The notes beneath the pieces were generated by a model, which was not told where the DNA came from, made no database searches, and saw only the letters and a list, made by a program, of their open reading frames with translations. A stretch of 30,582 nucleotides of DNA from Actinomycetota bacterium (GTDB lineage: Bacteria; Actinomycetota; Acidimicrobiia; IMCC26256; PALSA-610): assembly GCA_030839005.1 (NCBI GenBank), contig JAUZEM010000050.1, positions 1 to 30,582 of the forward strand. The letters are read 5' to 3'. This document shows positions 1 through 6,733 of this stretch, in pieces (the stretch's first letter is position 1; each line of letters starts with the position of its first letter). The position numbers and the translations under genes were made by a program.

Positions 1-399
1 GGCACGACCGACACGCAGCGTCTCACGCAGGTGATCAACCGCTCGGTACGCGCGTTCCAGCGTCAGCCCTCGTTGGCGCGGCTCGTCGCCACCCTCGAGA
101 CGTCGGCCGATCCGTTCGCAACCGAGATCCTCGCCCGTCTCGCGCACACGACCAATGACATCTACCTCGAAGCGATCCACGATGTCGATCGCGACACGGC
201 GCACCGCATCGTCTCGGTGGTCGACGCGGTTCTCGCCTCGCGACTGCGATCGTGGGTTGCGGGCCGGAGCTCGATCACGGCCGTAACGGACGACCTGGCC
301 GACGCGATCAGTCTGTTGCTCGACCCGGGCTCACGTCTCTCCGAAGTTCGTCACTCCGAAGTTCGGCGCTCCGAAGTTCGTCAGACGGCGCGCTCGTAG
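1..399 (+). CDS. TetR-family regulator, KstR-like C-terminal domain (5'-truncated by window edge)
   Basis: Frame is open from base 1 (GTTDTQRLTQVINR...). ...RIVSVVDAVLASRLRSWVAGRSSITAVTDDLADAISLLL resembles the KstR C-terminus (IARVISDVWLSNLLAWLTRRASATDVSKRLDLAVRLL). The HTH lies outside the window. TAG at 397-399. Confidence 0.65.
   Translation, partial: GTTDTQRLTQVINRSVRAFQRQPSLARLVATLETSADPFATEILARLAHTTNDIYLEAIHDVDRDTAHRIVSVVDAVLASRLRSWVAGRSSITAVTDDLADAISLLLDPGSRLSEVRHSEVRRSEVRQTARS
339..383 (+). repeat. 3 x 15-bp tandem repeat CTCCGAAGTTCG(TCA/GCG) in the 3' end of the KstR-like gene
   Basis: ctccgaagttcgtca / ctccgaagttcggcg / ctccgaagttcgtca at 339, 354 and 369; encodes SEVRH-SEVRR-SEVRQ. 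Confidence 0.9.
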
Positions 400-674
400 T
401 ACAGCGGTTCGCCACTCTCCTGCGCGAAGTAGACGCGGCCGCGCCGGTAGGCGAGCTCGAGTCCGGAACGTACGGACACGAGCGCGTCGTCTCGCTCGAC
501 GGCCCACAGCTCACGGTCGCTCGCGCGTATGAAGTCGTGGCCACGCTCGGCGTACGCGAAAACCGCGCCGTCGTCGAACCTGCACAGGCACCGTGGAAGG
601 GCGTCGCCGATGGAATCGTCCGACGGCGCGCTGGAGGGCCCGGAGGTGTGGAGAAGATCGGTCTGCAAAGCCAT
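381..674 (-). CDS. Small hypothetical protein (97 aa) with four ~17-aa internal beta-hairpin-like repeats
   Basis: ATG at 674 is preceded by an AAGGGGG RBS and a TAGGCT -10 box (minus strand, 713-708). Composition is aromatic-rich and protein-like, unlike the Arg/Pro/Ala-rich shadow frames. Confidence 0.65.
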   Translation of the reverse strand: MALQTDLLHTSGPSSAPSDDSIGDALPRCLCRFDDGAVFAYAERGHDFIRASDRELWAVERDDALVSVRSGLELAYRRGRVYFAQESGEPLYYERAV

Positions 675-722
675 GAGGCCCCCTTACCCAGCCGCCGCAG
701 TGGCACAAGCCTACCGGCGGCA

Positions 723-751
723 ACCGGTCCGAACCAGGGGTTCAAACCGGT
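723..751. promoter_or_regulatory. Imperfect 13-bp inverted repeat (operator or terminator)
   Basis: ACCGGTCCGAACC-agg-GGTTCAAACCGGT, 11/13 paired. It abuts the MmyB stop and covers the expected -35 zone of the 674 gene promoter. Confidence 0.45.
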
Positions 752-1572
752 CACGCGGGCGCGGATTCCATGCGCGCGAAGAGCGCGGAAGCGGTCGCGG
801 CGTCCGCCGGAAGGAAGGTCTCGAGCGACAGCTCGGCGAGTGTGATATCAAGCGCCGTACCGAAGGTTGCGATCATCGTCATTAGGGCCAGTTCGCCCGC
901 GTCCGTTCGCAGTCGCATAGGCATCGCGATCGGGCGCCCCGGCTCCGCTGCGGGCGGCACCGCGATGCCCATGTCCGCGGCGTAACCGACCAACTCGAGT
1001 TCGAGCTCACGCAGTTCGTCGTCACCAGTGACGGCGATCTGCCGCCTGAGATTGTCGATGATGTGCGCGCTCCACTGCGCGATGTTCGCGATCCGTGGCG
1101 CCACACCCTTCGGGTGCAAACTCACTCGCAACACGTTGCAGGTCGGCGCGAGCAGCTCGGGCGCGACGCCGTCGACGAGCACCGTCGCGGCGCGGTTCGC
1201 ACCGACGAGCTGCCACCGGCGATCGACGAGGATCGCCGGATACGGCTCGTGCGCCGCCAGGATGCGCTCAACGGCTTCGCGCACTGATTGCATCTCGGGC
1301 GCGTGGAAATCGGTGGCGTGGTACGTCGGCGCGTATCCACCGGCGATGAGCAACGGGTTGCGCTCGCGCAGCGGGACGTCGAGGTTCTCCGCGAGATGTA
1401 ACAACATCGCCCGGCTCGGCCGCGAGCGACCGGTCTCGACGAAGCTGAGGTGACGCGCCGAGATCCCGGCGGTCGACGCGAGCTCGAGCTGGCTCATCCG
1501 TCGGCGGATGCGCCAGTCGCGCAGTAACTGCCCCGCGGGTGCGCCGGCCGTGGCCTCGGTTGAATCGAGCAT
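751..1572 (-). CDS. XRE-family HTH regulator with MmyB-like (PAS-like) ligand-binding domain
   Basis: N-terminal HTH (LRDWRIRRRMSQLELASTAGISARHLSFVETGRSRPSR), then HEPYPAILVDRRWQLVGANRAA and DITLAELSLETFLPAD, typical of MmyB/MLTR. Start moved from 1581 to ATG 1572 because TACGGT (1585-1580) lies 7 nt upstream. Confidence 0.92.
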   Translation of the reverse strand: MLDSTEATAGAPAGQLLRDWRIRRRMSQLELASTAGISARHLSFVETGRSRPSRAMLLHLAENLDVPLRERNPLLIAGGYAPTYHATDFHAPEMQSVREAVERILAAHEPYPAILVDRRWQLVGANRAATVLVDGVAPELLAPTCNVLRVSLHPKGVAPRIANIAQWSAHIIDNLRRQIAVTGDDELRELELELVGYAADMGIAVPPAAEPGRPIAMPMRLRTDAGELALMTMIATFGTALDITLAELSLETFLPADAATASALFARMESAPA

Positions 1573-1607
1573 CGAGATCACCGTAGCGACGGGCGCGCGC
1601 CCGGGCC

Positions 1608-1624
1608 ATTACCTCCGAGGGAAT
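1608..1624. promoter_or_regulatory. Palindromic operator candidate for the MmyB-like regulator
   Basis: ATTACCTC-C-GAGGGAAT (7/8 paired); an AT-richer island in the divergent intergenic region 1573-1658. Confidence 0.55.
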
Positions 1625-1658
1625 CGACGGGCGTCGCGCCGCAGCGCACACTCGCCGC

Positions 1659-2312
1659 ATGACGACAACCATGCTCTCCCGCACGCACGTTTCCGCCGGA
1701 TGCCTGGCCGAATACGAAGCCTTCGCCGCTCTGATCGAGGGCTTGAACGACAAGGAATGGAATGCCTCGACTCGATGCGTGGGATGGCAGGCGCGCGACG
1801 CGGCCGGCCACGTGGTCGGACTCGCGGAGGACACCGCGGCCGGCGTTCCCGGGAGCCGTAACGCCGAGGAGGAGGCCGCGTCCGTGCGCCACGAGTCGCC
1901 CGCCGGTGCCGCGGCGCGCCTGCGTACCGCGACCGCGACTCTGCGCGCGTTGGTCGACGCGATCGACGACGACGCGTGGAACGGTCCGAGTGGGGTACCG
2001 GATCTCTCGCTCGGCGAAGGAGTGCTGACGCTCTGGTACGACACCTTCGTGCACGCCGACGACATCCGCGCCGCGATCGGCCGGACGTCCGAACGAGGTC
2101 CGGGTCTCGACGCGACGATCGCGTATCTCGCGCGACAGCTCACCGCGAAGAGTTGGGGTCCGGCGACGCTGGCGCTCGACGGGGCCGGCCGACACGACGT
2201 GAGGGGCGGCGGACCGGAGATCACCGGGGACGCCCTGCAGTTCGCGCTCGTGGCAACCGGCCGCGCGGATGCTTCGACTATCGGTCTCGATCCCGACGTC
2301 AATATCTACTGA
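1659..2312 (+). CDS. Maleylpyruvate isomerase family mycothiol-dependent enzyme (MDMPI/DinB superfamily)
   Basis: EWNASTRCVGWQARDAAGHVVG and WYDTFVHADDIRAAIG metal-binding motifs; C-terminal SCP2-like tail (ITGDALQFALVATGR). Confidence 0.88.
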   Translation: MTTTMLSRTHVSAGCLAEYEAFAALIEGLNDKEWNASTRCVGWQARDAAGHVVGLAEDTAAGVPGSRNAEEEAASVRHESPAGAAARLRTATATLRALVDAIDDDAWNGPSGVPDLSLGEGVLTLWYDTFVHADDIRAAIGRTSERGPGLDATIAYLARQLTAKSWGPATLALDGAGRHDVRGGGPEITGDALQFALVATGRADASTIGLDPDVNIY

Positions 2313-2337
2313 TCCCGGCGCGGCTACCGTGCGCGCC

Positions 2338-3357
2338 GTGGCACGGGACGACGACGCGATCGAGCTCGAGATCGACGGGCACCCGGTACGCGTCACGAGC
2401 CCCGGCAAGGTGCTGTTCCCGGAGCGGGGCGAGACCAAGCTGGACCTCGTGCGCTACTACCTCGCCGTCGCCGAGCCGATCATGCGCACGATGGGCGGCC
2501 GACCCGTGCTCATGCAGCGGTATCCCCACGGCGCGACCGGCTCGTCGTTCTTTCAAAAGCGCGTGCCCGACAATGCGCCGGAGTGGCTCGAGACCACGAT
2601 CGTCAGTACCCCGAACGGCACGACGTCGCGCGCGCTCGTCGCCGTCGACCTCGCACACATCGCGTGGGCGGTGAACCTGGGATGTCTCGGCTTCCACGTG
2701 TGGCCCGCGCACGCGGCAGATCCCGACCACGCCGACGAGCTGCGCATCGACCTCGATCCGCAGCCCGGCACCGGGTTCGACGAAGCACGGGCCGCGGCCG
2801 CCGACGTGCGGGCGTTGTTCGACGAGATCGGGATCGTCGCACACCCGAAGACCACGGGGAACCGCGGCATTCACGTGTACGTGCGACTCCTCCCGCGTTG
2901 GGATCCCATCCAGGTGCGGGCCGCCGCGGTCGCGGTGGCGCGTGAGCTCGCCCGGCGGTATCCCGCGCTGATCACCGACGCGTGGTGGAAGGAAGAGCGG
3001 GGCGAGCGCATCTTCGTCGACTTCAACCAGAACGCGCCCCACAAGACGGTGTTCGGCGCGTGGTGCGTGCGGGCGCGCGAAGGCGCACAAGTGTCGACGC
3101 CTTTCGACTGGAGCGAGCTCGACACGATCGACCCCGACGCGCAGACGATCGCGACGCTGCCGGCGCGCGTCGAGGCGCTCGGCGACCCGTGGGCCGACAT
3201 GCCGTCGGAGCCGCAGTCGCTCGAACCGCTGCTGGCGATGTCGGAGCGCGACCTCGCCGGCGGGCTCCAGGACGCGCCATGGCCGCCCGTGTATCCGAAG
3301 ATGCCGGGCGAGCCGCCGCGGGTCGCGCCCAGTCGCGCCCGCAAGAAGGACATGTAG
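2338..3357 (+). CDS. Stand-alone AEP primase-polymerase (Prim-PolC/Rv3730c-like, LigD polymerase-domain family)
   Basis: VTSPGKVLFP, QRYPHG, FFQKR, DELRIDLDP (DxD), PKTTGNRGIHVY, WWKEERGERIFVDFNQN, and C-terminal YPKMPGEPPRVAPSR as in mycobacterial Prim-PolC. Start set at GTG 2338 (TACCGT 7 nt upstream). No ligase or phosphoesterase domain. Confidence 0.92.
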   Translation: MARDDDAIELEIDGHPVRVTSPGKVLFPERGETKLDLVRYYLAVAEPIMRTMGGRPVLMQRYPHGATGSSFFQKRVPDNAPEWLETTIVSTPNGTTSRALVAVDLAHIAWAVNLGCLGFHVWPAHAADPDHADELRIDLDPQPGTGFDEARAAAADVRALFDEIGIVAHPKTTGNRGIHVYVRLLPRWDPIQVRAAAVAVARELARRYPALITDAWWKEERGERIFVDFNQNAPHKTVFGAWCVRAREGAQVSTPFDWSELDTIDPDAQTIATLPARVEALGDPWADMPSEPQSLEPLLAMSERDLAGGLQDAPWPPVYPKMPGEPPRVAPSRARKKDM

Positions 3358-3378
3358 GCGCCCGCGTAGGCTGACGGG

Positions 3379-4041
3379 GTGACGTTCCAGGGCTGGCCGG
3401 ACGCCGCGCTCGAGTTCTACGTCGGCTTGGAGGCCGACAACTCGAAGGCGTACTGGCACGCAAACCGCGCGACGTACGACGAGTGCGTGAAGGCGCCGTT
3501 TCTCGAGCTGTCGGACGTGATCGGCCGGGAGTTCGGAAGGCTGCACGTGTTCCGGCCCAACCGCGACACGCGTTTCTCCAAGGACAAGACGCCTTACAAG
3601 ACGGCGGCCGCCGCGGTGACCGAGGGTGAGGGTGGTGCCGCGTACTACGTGCAGGTCTCGGCCGAGGGCCTGTACGTGGGTAGCGGGTACTACATGCTGG
3701 CGAGCGATCAGTTGCAACGGTTCCGCGACGCGGTCGTCGACACGCGAACCGGGCCGAAGCTCGCAAGCGCAGTCGAGGCATTGCGCAAGAACAGGTACGA
3801 GGTCGCGGCGCGCGAGGCACTGAAACGCGCGCCTCGAGGCATCGACCCCGACCATCCGCGCGCCGAGTTGCTGCGCATGAAGGGCGTGCACGTGGGTCGC
3901 GTGTTCGGCGCACCGCGCTGGCTGCACACCAAGGGTGCCGCGGAACGGATTGTCGCGGCGTGGCGCGACGCGGCCCCGGTGAACCGGTGGCTCGACCGCC
4001 ACGTCGGTCCGAGCACCCTGGCCCCGCCCGAACCCGACTGA
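3379..4041 (+). CDS. DUF2461 family protein
   Basis: FQGWPDAALEFYVGLEADNSKAYW, FRPNRDTRFSKDKTPYKT and YVQVSAEGLYVGSGYY are characteristic of DUF2461/TIGR02453. Confidence 0.9.
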   Translation: MTFQGWPDAALEFYVGLEADNSKAYWHANRATYDECVKAPFLELSDVIGREFGRLHVFRPNRDTRFSKDKTPYKTAAAAVTEGEGGAAYYVQVSAEGLYVGSGYYMLASDQLQRFRDAVVDTRTGPKLASAVEALRKNRYEVAAREALKRAPRGIDPDHPRAELLRMKGVHVGRVFGAPRWLHTKGAAERIVAAWRDAAPVNRWLDRHVGPSTLAPPEPD

Positions 4042-4078
4042 TCACTCTCCCGGCACGCCGCCCGTAGGCTGGCCCGCA

Positions 4079-5905
4079 ATGTGCGGCATCGTCGGGTTTG
4101 CCCGCTCGGATCCAGAGCGGTTGGAGCGGATGCTGCGATCGATCGTGCACCGAGGGCCCGACGGGCAGGGCACCGACATCGGGACGTACTTCTCGATCGG
4201 GATGCGCCGGCTCGCCATCATCGACGTCGCGACCGGTGACCAGCCGCTCTACAGCGACGACCGCAACCTCGCGCTCGTCTTCAACGGCGAGATCTACAAC
4301 CACGCCGAGCTGCGCCGCGAGCTCGAGCAGAAGGGCCGACGGTTCGTCACCCACCACTCCGACAGCGAGGTCATCCTGCGCGGCTTCGAGGAGTGGGGCC
4401 GCAACGTCGTCGACCACCTGACCGGAATGTTCGCGTTCGCGATCTCGGATCACGAACGCGGCGAGCTCTTCCTTGCGCGCGACCGTCTCGGCATCAAGCC
4501 GCTGTACTACGTCGACGGTCCGACCGGCTTCGCCTTCGCGTCGGAGCTCAAGGCGCTCTTCCAGGATGCGGCCGTGCCGCGCCGTCCCGCGGTCGACGCC
4601 CTGCGGCGCTTCCTCTTGTTCCGTGTTCACGACGACGGTGAGGAGACCTTCTTCGATGGCGTGAAGCGATTGCTACCGGCGCACACGATGCTGGTTCGGC
4701 CCGACGGGATCGTGAAGGTCGAGCGCTACTGGAATCCGTCGGTGAATCCGGAGTTCGCGTCGAGCCGAAGCGACGACGACTACGCGCAAGAGTTCGCGAG
4801 CCGGTTCGACGACGTCGTGAAACGGCATCTCATCTCGGACGTGCCTGTCGGCGTCCCGCTTTCGGGCGGGCTCGACTCCAGCGGGGTGGTGTCAACCATG
4901 GCCCGGCTCCGGTCGGGTGGCACGAACCTGCACACCGCGGGCCTCTACACCTTCTCCGCGCTGTATCCGGGTCAGAGCATCGACGAGAGCGAGTACATCG
5001 GCGAGGTCGAGCGCGCGGTCGGCAGCATCCCGCACTACGTGTACCCGAAGCTCGACGAGTTCTGGAGCGAGATCATGGAATGGATCTGGTATCAGGAGGA
5101 GCCGACGATCGCGTCGGCGCCCTACGCGTACTACTCGGTGTACCGGCTCGCGAGCGCGCACGTGAAGGTCATGGTGAGCGGCAACGGCGGCGACGAGCTG
5201 CTGGCCGGCTACATCCCCTACTTCCGCACCTACCTCAGCTCCGCGATGGCGCAGCACCACTATGTCGCGGCCGCCCGCGAGGTCGTGAAGGGCCGCGACC
5301 TCTACAAGAAGTATGCGGGCGAGCTGATCCGCTCGAAGCTGCCCGGACGCGCCACGAATCCCGTGAACGCTCGCGAGTTGCTGGAGCCCGGGTCGTCGGT
5401 CGCGACCGCGCACTTTCGCGCGCACGAGAACCTCAACGAGCGCCTCGCGAGCGACGTGCTGCAGTACTCGACCCCCGACCTCCTTCGCTACGAGGACAAG
5501 AACTCGATGGCATTCTCGATCGAGGCACGGGTTCCCTTCCTCGACCACGAGCTCGTCGAGTTCATCTTCTCGCTGCCCATCGACCAGAAGATCAAGGGCG
5601 GCTGGAACCGCGCGGTGTACCGCAACGCGATGAAGGGACGCATGCCGGAGAAGAACCGGCTGCGCCGCTCGAAGATCGGTTTCACCAACCCCGACATCAC
5701 CTGGATGAAGGAGAAAGCGTCCGAGATCCGCGCGATCTTCTCCTCGTCCGACCTCGCGTCGCGCGACCTCTACAACCCCGCGCAGCTCGTGACCGCGTGG
5801 GACGAGTACCTCGCGGGCCGTCCGGGTGACGGGCTCATCTTCTGGCGCGTGCTGGTCACGGAGCTGTGGATGCGCCGGTACATGGATCAGGCGGTGGCGG
5901 TGTGA
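4079..5905 (+). CDS. asnB: Asparagine synthase (glutamine-hydrolysing) family amidotransferase
   Basis: N-terminal MCGIVG (Cys2), HRGPDG, RRLAIID, FNGEIYN, RDRLGIKPLYY, LSGGLDSS PP-loop, SGNGGDELLAGY, EARVPFLDH. Confidence 0.95.
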   Translation: MCGIVGFARSDPERLERMLRSIVHRGPDGQGTDIGTYFSIGMRRLAIIDVATGDQPLYSDDRNLALVFNGEIYNHAELRRELEQKGRRFVTHHSDSEVILRGFEEWGRNVVDHLTGMFAFAISDHERGELFLARDRLGIKPLYYVDGPTGFAFASELKALFQDAAVPRRPAVDALRRFLLFRVHDDGEETFFDGVKRLLPAHTMLVRPDGIVKVERYWNPSVNPEFASSRSDDDYAQEFASRFDDVVKRHLISDVPVGVPLSGGLDSSGVVSTMARLRSGGTNLHTAGLYTFSALYPGQSIDESEYIGEVERAVGSIPHYVYPKLDEFWSEIMEWIWYQEEPTIASAPYAYYSVYRLASAHVKVMVSGNGGDELLAGYIPYFRTYLSSAMAQHHYVAAAREVVKGRDLYKKYAGELIRSKLPGRATNPVNARELLEPGSSVATAHFRAHENLNERLASDVLQYSTPDLLRYEDKNSMAFSIEARVPFLDHELVEFIFSLPIDQKIKGGWNRAVYRNAMKGRMPEKNRLRRSKIGFTNPDITWMKEKASEIRAIFSSSDLASRDLYNPAQLVTAWDEYLAGRPGDGLIFWRVLVTELWMRRYMDQAVAV

Positions 5906-6597
5906 CGATCCGACGCGCGCAGGGGGTCGACTACGAGCGGATCGCGGTGCAGACACACCTGATCCACATCAAGGAACCGCTCGAGCCCGTGTTCGACGAG
6001 TACGTGAAACCGGTGCTGCAACCGGGGGACTGGCTCGCGGTGTCCGAGAAGTTCGTGACGATCTCGCAGGGACGGGTGATCCATCACTCGGTCGTCCGGC
6101 CCGGCGTGCTCGCCAAGCTGCTCGTCAAGGGCGTCACCAAGCATCCCGACGACGTCGGCTACTCCGACCCTCGGAAGATGCAGGTCGCGATCATGCAGGC
6201 GGGGTGGTGGCGCATGTTGGTCGCGATGATCATCGGCGCGACCAGCCGGCTCGTGCTGCGCCGCCGCGGCGACTTCTACCGCATCGCCGGTCACCGCATC
6301 TCCGAGATCGACGGCTTCAGTCCCGCGACGGTGAAGCCCTTCGACGAGTTCGCGATGCTCGGACCGGCGAACCCCGACGCCGCGGCCGAGGAGATCTCGG
6401 CGCATATGGGCGGCGTACCGGTCGTCATCGTCGACGCCAACAACATCAACGTCGAGGTCCTCGGCACGAGCCCGGGTTTCCCCGCCGACGCGTCGGCCGT
6501 CCGCGAGATATTGCTCGACAACCCGCTCGGCCAGAACGACGAGCTCACGCCGATCATCGTCGTAAGACGCCTCAGCCAGGTACGACGCCTCGGCTAG
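5902..6597 (+). CDS. Coenzyme F420-0:gamma-glutamyl ligase-like (CofE/DUF129 fold) protein
   Basis: GDWLAVSEKFVTISQGR, SEIDGF, VVIVDANN and DNPLGQNDELTPI match the non-canonical CofE-like subfamily. GTG 5902 overlaps the asnB TGA (GTGA). Ends in tandem TAG-TGA. Confidence 0.75.
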   Translation: MTIRRAQGVDYERIAVQTHLIHIKEPLEPVFDEYVKPVLQPGDWLAVSEKFVTISQGRVIHHSVVRPGVLAKLLVKGVTKHPDDVGYSDPRKMQVAIMQAGWWRMLVAMIIGATSRLVLRRRGDFYRIAGHRISEIDGFSPATVKPFDEFAMLGPANPDAAAEEISAHMGGVPVVIVDANNINVEVLGTSPGFPADASAVREILLDNPLGQNDELTPIIVVRRLSQVRRLG

Positions 6598-6620
6598 TGA
6601 CGCGCGGCACGGCCCGCGGC

Positions 6621-6638
6621 TTTTGACATCTTCTTGAC
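6621..6638 (+). promoter_or_regulatory. 11-bp-phased direct repeat T(T/C)TTGAC, OmpR/KdpE-type binding-site candidate
   Basis: TTTTGACATCT-TCTTGAC, a T-rich island upstream of the K+ transporter gene; a third TTGAC at 6666. Confidence 0.4.
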
Positions 6639-6733
6639 GGCCCCCGATGCGTTCCTGATACCGCGTTGACGGGTGTCCTGGTGTGATGAGAACCGGGCGG
6701 CCGACCGGCCGCGCGCGCATCGCAGGAGACACC

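Noticed and set aside
339-383. CRISPR-like array (also considered for 9921-9956)
   Set aside because: Units are 12-15 bp, directly adjacent with no spacers, in-frame within coding sequence, and have no cas genes nearby.
731-742. LexA SOS box
   Set aside because: Spacing is GAAC-N5-GTTC, not the actinobacterial GAAC-N4-GTTC.
2269-3357. Full NHEJ LigD, CRISPR-associated Prim-Pol, or a mobile-element primase
   Set aside because: Only the polymerase domain is present; there is no ligase, phosphoesterase, Ku, cas gene, helicase or integrase.
5902-6597. Calling the gene cofE/fbiB (F420 biosynthesis)
   Set aside because: Divergent subfamily motifs, no nitroreductase domain and no cof/fbi neighbours; it is coupled to asnB instead.
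6598-6733. ydaO/c-di-AMP riboswitch upstream of the KimA-like gene
   Set aside because: No recognisable conserved ydaO segments, and the leader is short. An Infernal scan would be definitive.
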